Origin: Lytechinus pictus
Lineage: Eukaryota
Length of the DNA stretch: 64,000 nt
Reading direction: 5' to 3'
Assembly: GCF_037042905.1 (NCBI RefSeq)
Contig: NC_087246.1
Location: 31,434,001-31,498,000 of the forward strand
Notes under the pieces: model-generated
What the model saw: only the letters and a program-made list of their open reading frames with translations
Databases searched by the model: none
Told to the model about the DNA's origin: nothing
Shown here: positions 51,892 to 63,353 of the stretch, in pieces
Layout of the letters: each line of letters starts with the position of its first letter
Position numbering within the stretch: position 1 is the stretch's first letter
Position numbers and translations under genes: made by a program

Positions 51892-54013
51892 TAAATGTAC
51901 TTTACATTACCAATCCTACATGATGTACATGTACATGTATTTTATAACATCTCAATTATATATTGTACCCTGTATGAAAAAAAAATCTTCTTTTATATTT
52001 CATTGAATTAAAAGCTAATGAAAGGAGCATTTTCTGACCCTGGCTTGCTTCCAAAATATTTTCCACAATTCTATAGAGCTACGTGCCTACTGCCCAAAGT
52101 ACACACATTGGAGCACCTCGATGATAAGCCCCAAAGAACGATTCTTTGTCCGCTACAAGAATACAATTGAGCTAATGCATCTCTATCGTTTCTGCACACC
52201 TCTCACTAGATCATACAACTTTACAATTTACTTCTTTGCCTGACTTTAACAGTGTTTCATAGTCTCTCTAAATCAGTGTATCGCACATTTTCCACAATAC
52301 CATGTAGAGTCAGTAATCTCAACAGATCGCAGACTATAAAACCTTAAAAAAGGTAGAAGAGGTACCAAATTCATAACTTAGTGGTTATCCAACTACATGT
52401 AATTCATTAAGTTTTCTTACTTATTTTCTGAAAGGGAAGTGTATTAAATAAAGAAAATAGTTTGTTTTGTACAAAATGAAACAAAGTCATTTTCATCTTT
52501 TAGACAGCCTAAAACTCTGTAATGCAATTGAATAGGGATTATAGTTTTATGATTAATTGCTATACACAAGGATCCTAATTCCTGACAAACGAAATAAGTA
52601 CATGTACAAATATAGGCCTACATCTTTTATGTAGATTTCAAATGAAAGGTTTTTCATGTATCCTAACATACTTTTCACACTGGCTCATGCATAAGTGCGC
52701 CATCCATCAATTAAAAATACAAATCGTACTCCAACTTCTCTTTTCAAAAGTTCTTTTCACAGAAATTGTGCATTTAACACAGTAGCCCCTTCCCTAAGTC
52801 TGTTGCAAAACATTAGGGGCCATTGAAAGGTGGGCAAATAATGGCATGTTGACATTCTCAGTTTTGTAAAAGCTGCCATTAAGAAGATTGTAACACAGGG
52901 CATAGCCAAGTTTGCCATGTAAGTAGTAAAATGGTGACAAGCTTTCAAGCTCCCTTTGTTCATTTGGAGGTAAATCAGCTTTCAAGACTAGCAGTCTTAC
53001 TTCCTTCTTAGGCAAGGATTTTACAAACTGTAATTGTCCAAAAAAAGGTTTTTTTTAAATCAGATGTTTATTCTCTTCAGACACAACATCTTGTAAATAT
53101 CATTTATGATCTTAATCTAGAACAGCCTACAAGCTGCATCATGAATTTTGCTCTTTCCATTATTTCTCAAATATGTGGTTTCCTTTCATTATGTATCTCA
53201 AAACTTTAGACAAATTCAGCTACCGATTACAACTGTGCTATGTCATCCCCATAATTTTCTAATGGGGGGGGGGGGATGTATAATACTAATTGTGTAAGGA
53301 AATGACGGCCACATTGAAACACAATACTCAGTGAATACTCTCTGTCAAGACATTTTTTGTAACCACTGCAAATACTCTTGCAATTGTGTGATTCATTTAA
53401 AACAGGAGTTGAACAGCTATCCCCAAGTGTTACTAATGCTATTCATACATCTGAACAGGATAACATCTTGGCCACCTGAAATTCCATTCGGCCACCCAAA
53501 CCTCCTAGGCAAGTGGCCCGGCTGGCCACCTAAAAAAAAGTTAAAGGCAAGCCCTGTAATGACAGTTGCCATGAAATTCATACCTACAAGGAAAACAGTC
53601 ACTTGTTTAGAGACTTAATAAGTACAGAGGTAACAGAACCCCATTGGATAAAAGTTACTAACTTTGCTATCAAACTATTAGACCCAATGTGCAATGTTCA
53701 GCTATATCAAACCAATGATTCAATAAGCACCGCCCCAACTCCCCCAAGACAGGTTCAATGGCAGTTAAATATAGTTACCAATGAATATTTTTTGCTTTTT
53801 CTTAGCAACAGGCCCAGGTTTATACAAGCCCCAAACTCACTAACACAAGAAATGCAAGCCTTATCAATCAACAAGTCTCAAAACAAGTAAGAAATCATTA
53901 CAGTTGCCCATATATTCATGAAGAGGGAGCATTGCAGAAATCAAGAGCATATTTCTTGAATAGTTATGGAATTTTGAATGCTTATACATCAACCTATATG
54001 AAGATGTATTTTA

Positions 54014-54247
54014 TAGGGAGAGTGATTTTCCTTTTCAAAAAATGGTCTTTTCCGTTTCTGAAAATCTGTAATTCCGTTTCAGCTTGATCTAAAAATGGAA
54101 ATTCCGTTTTGTCACTGAAAATGTACACAGCAAAAACCTGAATTCCGTTTTGCAAAGGTGAATTCCATGAATTTTTACATGGAAAGTGTAAGAACCAAAC
54201 GGAATTTCTGTTTCATTTACCGTTAAAACGGAAAATCACTGTCCCTA
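54014..54247. mobile_element. hAT-like MITE
   Basis: TIR TAGGGAGAGTGATTTTCC / GGAAAATCACTGTCCCTA; subterminal TTCCGTTT repeats; TSD degenerate. Confidence 0.7.
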
Positions 54248-55912
54248 GTTTTAACCTTTAGAATAAAAGGGGGCAGAAAAGCTGAATGAGAACCATCTAA
54301 AATTAAATCACATCATTATGAGAAAGTAATTGCATTGATCACTACTGACCAAAATCAAAATCTCCTTACTCAATGTACATTATTTTCTCACAAATTGGTG
54401 ATTGTAAGGTGTTTCATTTGTGCATGGAGCTACTAACACAGATATCTAAATGTACAATCTATCCTGTTTTCCATCACATATTTGTGACCACTCTGATCAC
54501 AAATAGGCACCTAACCCCCCCCCCCCAAAAAAAAGGGAATTTCTTTGTACAAGATGGGTTACTTTGTCAATCATGTACATCAAACTCTTCAGATAGGGAT
54601 ACGTGAATTGATGTCATGTCTGTTTAATTACAATTCAAAAGTAATTAAAGCAATCTGGCCTACAGAATTAAATGGGGAACATTTCAATTGTGATTGTGGA
54701 TGCGTGTCCAGGTTACGCACACAAGCTGATGTGGTGTCCTGGAAGATCAGATATGAAACATTCTCTATCAATTCATTGGTCCAGATGACTAGATTGATCG
54801 AGATTTCAATAATTTACAAATATTTTTCTTAATTTGTATGGAAGTCAGTGGTATGGAAGTGGAAGTTTTGTTATCAACAGACCTTAAAATTACTTTTAAG
54901 TGTTTGGATATGTTTGACTTTTAAATGCATTGAACTTTGACTGTCCATTAATTATCAATTACAATAATGTACATGTATTACGATCCATTATTAATATGGT
55001 TATTCAGTACTACAGTTGTAAATCATAGAATAGGATCACTGTAAATTATCAAAAAATAGACTCCACACTCGCAGGTAAAAAACCTACATTTGACTGACTT
55101 TTGAATACCCACAGGACCTATATGTAGAGCTTGGGGAAATAATTATTAGACCATGTAGTATTAGAAGAGTGGTCTATTTTTTAAACCCCAAAATTGTACC
55201 ACCTTAAAAAAATTTGCTGGTTTGCTACAATAAAAAAAAGAACTTAAAATTGAATCTTGCAAGGCTGTTTGAATCAACATTTGTGAAAAAACAAACAAAC
55301 ATTGAGCTTTCAACTAGGTTGGTACCTGACCATGTAACTCACAGATAAACTCAGCTGACCTACAAAGTTTTCTTTAGAGCCATTTCGAGGTTTATAAAGG
55401 TAGCATGACGCTTTTGTTCATGTCGAGTTGGAAAAGGTTTGAAAACGATTGGTCATAGGAAAGGAATGCCTGCTTAGTGAGAAAAAACATTTTTTTTTCA
55501 TTTCAGTGATGTCCATATACTAGTAATACTTTCTTTCTGTTTTTTTTCCTTTTCCTTCATCCTGTTAGTGTGGTTTGAAGAATTTGAACTGTATATGATC
55601 CCTACAAATATTTCAGAACAAATTTTTAGAACAGAATCATTCAAGCTCATTCTAGAAATTGAACAATTGGTTGAAATTTAGAGAACAAATTTTTGTTGGT
55701 CTTAAAACTCAATTCTAAGTAAAGGTATGCATGAACTCATTCATCCATTTACTGCTTTTCTCCATGGCCCTGTTGCAGAAAGACCTGCAAAAAATCGCAA
55801 CTAAGAAATTAAAAGCAAGTTAAAACACATGCTTATGATTGGATAAAATCAACTTTCTACATATATTATGTAAGTGTTCAAACAGATTTTTGTTGAATGC
55901 AGGGGTAATTAA

Positions 55913-56073
55913 TACCTTGATCAAATTTGCTCTGCGGCGGCCGTACGGCGAGTCGAAAACAGCCGTTTTAACATTTTTTTGTCCAACTACATACAGGGGT
56001 TTGAATTTAAATTAATAAAACGGCTGTTTTCGACTTGCCGTACGGCCGCCGTAGAGCAGATGTGACCAAGGTA
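55913..56073. mobile_element. Tourist/Harbinger-like MITE, copy 2 (inverted)
   Basis: Same TIRs as 51726-51891 with the interior reversed. Confidence 0.85.
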
Positions 56074-56813
56074 ATAGTTTGCACTATTTGCATCATTTTT
56101 CAAATTCGAAATCTTAGGTTTTTTTACATGCTAATCTTAAATCTCAATGAAAATATTAATTTACCAATCTACATCTGGTATCAAAGAATCCTGAATTAAA
56201 GCCATCTAATGGAATTAAAATTCTTGAATGTTTTGTCTGTAATAACCTTGCATAGGCCTCTTGAGGTCAACTCCAATTGCTTACATAATGTTGACAGACT
56301 CAGATTCTACATGTACATGTTATTCTAAAAGGTTTTCAATTCTTCTGAAAACTATGCTGTTTACATAGTCGTAAAAACCCTTTGTTACAATATGTAGGCC
56401 TAATGAAATTAATAAACTGATCATACATTACTGGTACATCAAACAATATTTCTAATGTAAAAGACATATTGATCAACAAAATAGTACTGAAAAAAGTGCT
56501 GGTGAACGTATGATTAGTCCAAGTACAATCCAAGAATTCCAGTATGTTTTTTCCAAGATATTCTGAAGTATTCAAAACTGATGTAACATTCACATCCTCA
56601 TAATATACTTGGAAGAAAGAACAAACAAATGGCTGCACACATAAATGATTTTGAATAGAGAAAAGCGTGATGAAGCAAAGTCAGTTAGTTGAACTTTGAA
56701 AGTTGCATGCAAAGTAACTTGAACAAACATAACAATCCAACTTTGGTGAAGAACTTCAATGGAATGTTAGAGCATGAGGTGGCAAAACAGAAGCTCAGCG
56801 AGAAACAAAACAA

Positions 56814-59800
56814 TCATGACTGCATAGCCAAAAGCAAAGGTTTAGAGGAAGTATTTGTCTGACCTTTTGGGCACAGATCTTCCCATAATCCTCCTCCTCC
56901 TCCTTGGTCTTTGGGTTGATCCTCTGAAAGATACCAGGATGTTTCCTCACTTGACAACAAATTATCCATCTCGAGATCACTTGGCAAAGCATTTTCAACT
57001 TTGCTGATTTTCTCAGTGTTTTTCGCTCCTTGCGATTGTTGTTGCGATTCTCCAAGATTAAACTGTTTTCGTTGAATTTTTATTTGTGCTTGCAAGATTT
57101 CAAGTGGATGTGCCTCCTCAACATCCTTTTGTTTCACATTACCATTCACAGAGTGGGTAGACGTTGATATGAACTGACAATTCGCTTCTCCAGTGGAAGA
57201 TCCAATATTGTTAGACTGAGGTGGATACATGTTGTGTTTATGATCCGCACCTATAGGATGATTGTTGTTCAGATGATGGTGACCAAGGGGGGACTGATTA
57301 TGCATGATAGGGGAAGAACCCTGTGGAACACAATTTCCCGATTCTGGCATTTCCTGATTAGTAGTACTTGACATCGTTGTGTCGGGAGAAAAAACACTAT
57401 CCAATAAATCTTGCGAAACATGTTCCATCTGATTTCCATCCGCGATTGACATCGCCATACTTATTGAGTCTGAACATGACATTTTCACATCCATCCCCCA
57501 AGAGTTGGGAGCAGAATTTGGCGTTTGGGTGGCAGAACGATATCCCATGTCATCAGCTTGATGGGAACCACTCTCACTAAGTGGTGTGAACACAACATTA
57601 TCAACAGAAAGTGGTCCTTCCATGGATTCCACACTGGGCGGATTCTGAGTTGATCTCTTGCGGTACTTTCGCTTTGGTTTCACAGGAGGCATGCTGCAGG
57701 AAATAAGCTGTTCAGTGGAGAACTCTTCGGACTTTCTCCTCCTACGTCCCTTCCGTGGTTTCTCGTCTATCCTCCTCCCAGCCATCTGCATAGGTAGGTT
57801 CTGCTCTAAAAAATCATGGTATTTCCCTTGAAAGTCCGGCATCGCCATTGGGTTGGCACCATTGAAATTGTTTGGAAATGCAGCATAAGAGTCCATTGGC
57901 ATACAATTAGGAGGAGCTGTCATCATACAGCTATTCGGTGCAACAAATTGATCTCCCATGCTGTTAACAGAAGGGGGACCACTTCCAAAACCAGAAAGAG
58001 CATCAGATTTTGTCCCAAACCCCGATGATCCATCAAACTTGGTGTTCTTGCCGAGCGGACTCTGAACTTTCTGCCCACTGTTCTGTTTGGGCATCGAACT
58101 ATCCATGTCAGCGATGATATTACGGCAGGCAGCTGAAAGAGCAGCAATACAGTTCTGAGATCCGTAATTATCACTTGAAGAGTGACTCAAATACTCAGCA
58201 TGTTGAGAGTTTGCAACCTTCATCAGATCATCCTGCTTACTTGTGTCTTTGATAGATTGAGTCATTCGCTGTAGATGCTGCACTGAATTCTCATTGCTTT
58301 CACTAGCTTTCCCTTGGTTTGTATCACTTTCTGAATTTTTGTCACTTGCATGTCCTTTATTCTGGTTCTGAGCAGGCTTGCCCACATTTGAAGTACTATT
58401 TGGGGTATGAGGTGCCGAGGATGATGATGAAGCAATCTGATCTGGCTGGTTCTGATTCATTACAGCTCCACTCCCTGACTGGAAAGAACCAGAAACTGAT
58501 GTACTAGGGGACTGCAAATGAGAGTTTGCATGGGAAAGGTTTACATTAGAATTTGCGACACAAGAAGGTTTTTCAGAAACTGATGATGCGACACAGGTTC
58601 CACCATCTAGTAATTCGTCAATACTGGTAGATTGGAAGGTATTAGACCCTGAACATGAAGACTTAGTGGGCTCGCCAGTACCAGTAACTGGTGTAGCAAC
58701 AGCAGGGTCAGCAATAAAATCATCTGCTGTAGGATTGCGTGATAGTCTAGCAAGCTTCTCTAATTCAGCACTGAAAATGCGATCTTGGTTCAATTGCTGA
58801 ATCATAGCTTCAGTTTCAGCAGCAGAGATATTACTTGGGAATTCCGCAGAGGAGGAATCTACTTTATCTGTACAACCAGCGGAAGGATAAGGAGCAGAGC
58901 CAGTATTTGGGGTGGTGCTCTGTCCGTACATCCCACTTGGAGCAGACAGACTTTCCATTCCTGCATTCGATGGCACTGATCCTGAGAAATTCCGCTGGTT
59001 CTGCGCTTGCTGTTGTTGCTGGTTCGACATTCCCATGTTGTTAGGGTAGTTCATGGGTTGTTGCATTTGCATATTGCTGTTCTGCGGAAGTCCATTAAAA
59101 GGCACATTTGTTGACACATTGGGTTGATTCTGGGAATATTGGGCATACCCACTCTGTGATCCACTATTAGCCTGCCATACACCTTGCATCCCCATCGTAT
59201 TTGAAGCACTGCCTGCGGTATTCCTCACTGTTCCTACATTGTTTTGCATATTTCCTGGTCTAGTACTAGTCCTCGAATAGCCTGAACTGGAGTTAGGCAT
59301 TGGTCCATAATGTCTTAGTTTCTGAAGTGACCCTGGCACCTGGTTTCCACCTGTCATGGAGTTGTACATTCCCCCTCTGGACATCGACGAGCGCTGATTT
59401 GGCACCCTCATCCTTGCACCAACAGAAGAGCCATACATTGCCTGATTGTTCCCATATGCCTGGCCCATCATAGCACCAGGATTCACACACTGATTCCCTC
59501 GAATTCCCAAATCCGATGACACCGATCCATCACCAGCTACAGTCATGTTCATATCAGAAGAATGCATCCCAGGTGTATTATTGGCTGCATACAATTGGGA
59601 GTTTGTGCTTTGTCTTTGAGTTTGAGATGATGGAAACTGGGTCTGATGGTACTGGTTTGAATTGGCTTTATGAGGAAGATGCATATTCACTGGATGAGGA
59701 TTGGGATATGGAGCCTGTCCCATTCGCGTTTGACTTGTCCTGTCCCACATCTCACTCGATTTCATCATTGCATTTGTCCGATTATAAGCAGCAGGCTGGT

Positions 59801-60374
59801 TGTGGTGAGAAGCATAAGGCCCAAATCCTTCTCCATATTGTTGACTTTGATTAGACATGTTGGGTTGAGGATAGGAAGATTGAGTCATACTAGCGTTTCT
59901 ATTTGAATATGCGGAGTCTGTCGAAGATCCAGAGTAGGAATGCGAGCGTTGCATGTTTGAGAAAGAACCGATGCCGACATTCGGGGGCACAGATGCCCGA
60001 CGATTCGGGGTGGAGCCGCTCATCGTTCCATACCCAGATTGCATGCCTGTATTTGAATGACGATTGTAAGCACTGGCATCCATATTCGGAGCTGGAAAAT
60101 TGCGATTATCTCCTCCAAGCATGTTCGAGTTCATCCGCTGAGATGGGTTGTGCGATTGTTTCTGATAAGAATTGTGGGGATCAGAATAATTTCCCCCGAA
60201 TTCAGAAGACTCGTTGATGGAGGGTATATGCGGGTATGCCATTGCTCCGTAACTGTGCTCGCTAGACGGACGGGCCGCCGAGGCATTAGCGTTCGTTGGA
60301 TAGGATGCTTGGCCTCTTACTCCTCCCCCACCAAACTGACTAGCCGTCCCTCGTCCGTACGAGTAACCCGACAT
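56814..60374 (-). CDS. MN1: MN1 (meningioma 1)-like transcriptional co-activator; single giant coding exon, 1186 aa if unspliced
   Basis: Seen: 3561-nt uninterrupted ORF, S/N/Q/G/P/M-rich and disordered-like. Recalled similarity to vertebrate MN1 blocks, in the same order: SQNCIAALSAACRNIIADM (cf. CLAALSTACQNMIASL, ~58104-58160), basic KPRKGRRRRKS (cf. GRGRRKRDS), EEAHPLEILQAQIKIQRKQFNL (cf. HPLEILQAQIQLQRQQFSI, ~57056-57120), EMDNLLSSEETSWYL...LWE (cf. DLDSLMAEHSAAWYM...PWE). Vertebrate MN1 also has one huge first coding exon. Confidence 0.88.
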   Translation of the reverse strand: MSGYSYGRGTASQFGGGGVRGQASYPTNANASAARPSSEHSYGAMAYPHIPSINESSEFGGNYSDPHNSYQKQSHNPSQRMNSNMLGGDNRNFPAPNMDASAYNRHSNTGMQSGYGTMSGSTPNRRASVPPNVGIGSFSNMQRSHSYSGSSTDSAYSNRNASMTQSSYPQPNMSNQSQQYGEGFGPYASHHNQPAAYNRTNAMMKSSEMWDRTSQTRMGQAPYPNPHPVNMHLPHKANSNQYHQTQFPSSQTQRQSTNSQLYAANNTPGMHSSDMNMTVAGDGSVSSDLGIRGNQCVNPGAMMGQAYGNNQAMYGSSVGARMRVPNQRSSMSRGGMYNSMTGGNQVPGSLQKLRHYGPMPNSSSGYSRTSTRPGNMQNNVGTVRNTAGSASNTMGMQGVWQANSGSQSGYAQYSQNQPNVSTNVPFNGLPQNSNMQMQQPMNYPNNMGMSNQQQQQAQNQRNFSGSVPSNAGMESLSAPSGMYGQSTTPNTGSAPYPSAGCTDKVDSSSAEFPSNISAAETEAMIQQLNQDRIFSAELEKLARLSRNPTADDFIADPAVATPVTGTGEPTKSSCSGSNTFQSTSIDELLDGGTCVASSVSEKPSCVANSNVNLSHANSHLQSPSTSVSGSFQSGSGAVMNQNQPDQIASSSSSAPHTPNSTSNVGKPAQNQNKGHASDKNSESDTNQGKASESNENSVQHLQRMTQSIKDTSKQDDLMKVANSQHAEYLSHSSSDNYGSQNCIAALSAACRNIIADMDSSMPKQNSGQKVQSPLGKNTKFDGSSGFGTKSDALSGFGSGPPSVNSMGDQFVAPNSCMMTAPPNCMPMDSYAAFPNNFNGANPMAMPDFQGKYHDFLEQNLPMQMAGRRIDEKPRKGRRRRKSEEFSTEQLISCSMPPVKPKRKYRKRSTQNPPSVESMEGPLSVDNVVFTPLSESGSHQADDMGYRSATQTPNSAPNSWGMDVKMSCSDSISMAMSIADGNQMEHVSQDLLDSVFSPDTTMSSTTNQEMPESGNCVPQGSSPIMHNQSPLGHHHLNNNHPIGADHKHNMYPPQSNNIGSSTGEANCQFISTSTHSVNGNVKQKDVEEAHPLEILQAQIKIQRKQFNLGESQQQSQGAKNTEKISKVENALPSDLEMDNLLSSEETSWYLSEDQPKDQGGGGGLWEDLCPKGQTNTSSKPLLLAMQS

Positions 60375-60860
60375 CGCATCGGCCGGCCAAGGCGGGGTTC
60401 CAGAAAAGCAGCAACTCGCTTATGATCGAAAATTCCGGCGCGGCCGAACCGCCAATCTCAAGCGAAAATGAATCATTTGAACGAGACGCTTCGATGATAC
60501 ATTGTTATCTGACTGCATAGATGATTATACCTGTTCGTGTTCTCAGTTAGTAATGTTCCGGGTGATGCCACTCAAAACTTAGGTTGTATAGACAAGGCAT
60601 TATCTCTATCTCAATGCAATCAAAGTGCTATTAGCGGAGCTAAATCCCGATATCCACGGCAAGTCATTATCAGCTTGCCCGCCCGTGACAACTGGCCTTT
60701 GTAAAGCTACGCGAGATATCAGCCTTTGAATGGTCGAGTCAACAACAGGGGAGAAAGATTGGCAGCTAGCTCAGTGCAGTGCAGTGGAACGCGAGCGAGG
60801 CTCAGCAAAAACCTTGAACTTTTTTTGGTGGATCATGGAGTCATGCAAACTTTTTCCCTC
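60375..60860 (-). promoter_or_regulatory. Putative 5' UTR and CpG-rich promoter of the MN1-like gene
   Basis: CpG density is visibly higher than in the flanks from ~60250 to ~61000. Minus-strand CCAAT at ~60758-60762 and Inr-like CCATTC at ~60729-60734. TSS not determinable from sequence. Confidence 0.4.
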
Positions 60861-62015
60861 TTTGCTATTTTTTTTAACGTGCGTGCCTTCGTACTTGTAG
60901 CAATACATTCAGAAGGTGGTTCCGCAACTTCAAGTTTTACCCAAACACGAAATCAGCAACATCACTACTAGTCCCTGGCGTACCGATTGGGGCGCTTGGG
61001 ATTTCATGGACCCCAAAAAAAATTTCACCACCACGCCACGAAAACAACAAAATATTAGGAAAAACTGTGAAATATTATATCGTTTTCTGAATGTCAATGT
61101 ATATCACAAAATTAGATGGTCTATTAAAATGTTCAAAATATTGCTCGTTCGCTTGCAGCTTTACCCCCCAACCCCCCGACACCATGTCTGCCCCCTCCAA
61201 AATATACGCTCATGACACTAAATAGCCGATTGTGAGTTTTTGTCTCTTTTTTTTTGTCTGTTTCATATGGGGACATTTCCCTATAGGCCTGTAGGCCTAT
61301 CATGCAAAATATTGAAGATATTTCTATTTCAATATAAAATCCAACCACTTTATCCAAACGCCAAAAAATGAGATGATAAAAATTCGACCCCCCCCCAAAA
61401 AAAAAAAACTGCTTCCCAAAGCGCGACCATTTCCATCCTCGTTTGGGGGGGGGGGGGTGGGAGGTTACCCCGTACCGGGTACCCATCAATGCAAAAGAAG
61501 ATTAAGCATTAGTTGAGGTGAGGTCTTAATGCCTAATTGCCCCTCTATTCAGACTTTGAATTGGAATGGGAGGGATTTCTTCACCCTCGAGGCTAAAATC
61601 GGCCCCGATTATTGTTGATAACACAAAGGGACCCCCATCAGTCGTCATTGGCATAGAATGGCTTCATTCGACGGTATGCAAATTCAATTCGCTGCCCAAT
61701 TCTCTCCATTGTATTGGAACGTTATAGAAAAATATATGCTCTTTCGGGCCATGCATTGGTATTTTCTATCTTTACAACATCTCTTCAGCCAATAATTTTA
61801 CATGATTTCATGTTAACAAGATTGATTACACATGACTAATTCGAATCATTATGAAGCAAACGGAAACAAATTTATTATGGAATATGACTGATAATTATGT
61901 TCATCAATATTGTCTCCTTTGAGCGGAGAAAAATTAAATGGTGCTGTTGATTCCAATACAACGAATGGACTAGAATCTCCGAGTCATCCATATGATGTAA
62001 TTTAGTCATTGAATA

Positions 62016-62284
62016 TCATCATCACCATCATCACCACCATCATCATCATCATCGTCGTCGTCATGAATCTATTTAATTATTTGTGATATTTATACAGGGT
62101 GGCACATAATGACATATCACCAATTTGGTGGTCTTCCATGTGGCCCTGTTAACAAAAGAACAACAAATAATAATCAATCATCATCCGCCATCACCTCCTC
62201 CTCATCATCTTCATCCTCCTCCTCCTCCTCATCATCATCATCACAACCACCATCATCATCATCATCATCACCATCATCATCATC
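62016..62284. repeat. (CAT)n/(CCT)n microsatellite clusters
   Basis: Trinucleotide repeats at ~62016-62062 and ~62178-62284. Confidence 0.9.
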
Positions 62285-63229
62285 GCCTCATTCCCCTAGA
62301 GCACCAACATTTCCACTTGCTCTTTCTTTTTGTTGCTTCCCCCCCCCCCCCCTCCTCTCTCTCTCCTCTCTACTTTACTTGTTATTTCCACTATCACAGC
62401 ATCATCCATAAGATTCTACGGACCATAGCTGCTCCTCTATCGAATCTAAAACATTTCCTGGCACTCATCGAATTCAGTTCTTTTTTTATTCATAATATTC
62501 ATAAAATCTTCCGTTTCGTGTTCGGGGGGGGGGGGGTTAATGATATCTAAAAAAATGATAAAATTAAATACTGAGGGAAAATGAGTTGCACTATCAAAGT
62601 AAAAAAAAAATAGCACATTGTTTAAGCCTGCACTCTAACAGCAAATTGTTTTAACTTTTTACACAACTTGTTTAAAAAGTTTAAATAGTAGTTTAAAAAT
62701 GTAAACAATAGTTGTTATTTAGAGTGACATTTTGAACGGCGATTTTACAGTGATGGGTTTATATATCACCAAATATTATCACTCGTATTTTGATTGACGT
62801 ATAAACCAAGGAGTTTATGTGATGGCGCTCTTACGTTTTAATGACAATGGATATCATTGATTGCTGAAATCCTCTCTAAAATCCGATGAAACTGGGATAA
62901 AAAACTAGCATTTTCGAAGTTCCCTTGATATCAATTAGAAAGAAAAATCTAAAGGCCAAATTAAGGCATATAGGCCTAGGCCTATATCCATTGGTATAGC
63001 AAAATACTAACGTGATGCCGGGACGTGATGTCGGATGAAAATAATGAAACAAAAATAATTCATAACTTTTCGATGTCTCAATGTTGCAATGGTTTGCTAT
63101 TGAGGTGTATGAATCGAATTCTTTGCTTAAAGGTATAGCCTATAATTAATTGAGCTGTTTTTGTTATGTTTTCAGAAACCCATGAAAAAAATGAAGGGAT
63201 GAAAAATATTTTACTGCGACAACAGGGGC

Positions 63230-63353
63230 TATAGATTCAAATCTTTAATCTTTATATTTAAATTCACAAAGATTAAATCTAAATCTATTATTCGGCTGGT
63301 TACTATTCACAGCCGATCTGGATTTATAAATCCTTGTAATATTATTTAGAGTG
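63230..63353. mobile_element. Decayed right half of a CACTC..GAGTG MITE
   Basis: TTCGGCTGGTTACTATTCACAGCCGATCTGGATTT..AAATCCTTG..TTTAGAGTG matches the family at 33785-34021. Confidence 0.7.

Noticed and set aside
54423-54450. CATGGAGCTACTAACACAG resembling a seventh footprint
   Set aside because: Left arm only; no closing CCATG and no 7-bp direct repeat
57368-60425. Plus-strand and alternate-frame ORFs overlapping the long ORF
   Set aside because: Shadow ORFs of a GC-richer coding region with no recognisable motifs
62109-62550. Poly-His and poly-Ser ORFs
   Set aside because: (CAT)n/(CCT)n microsatellite translations
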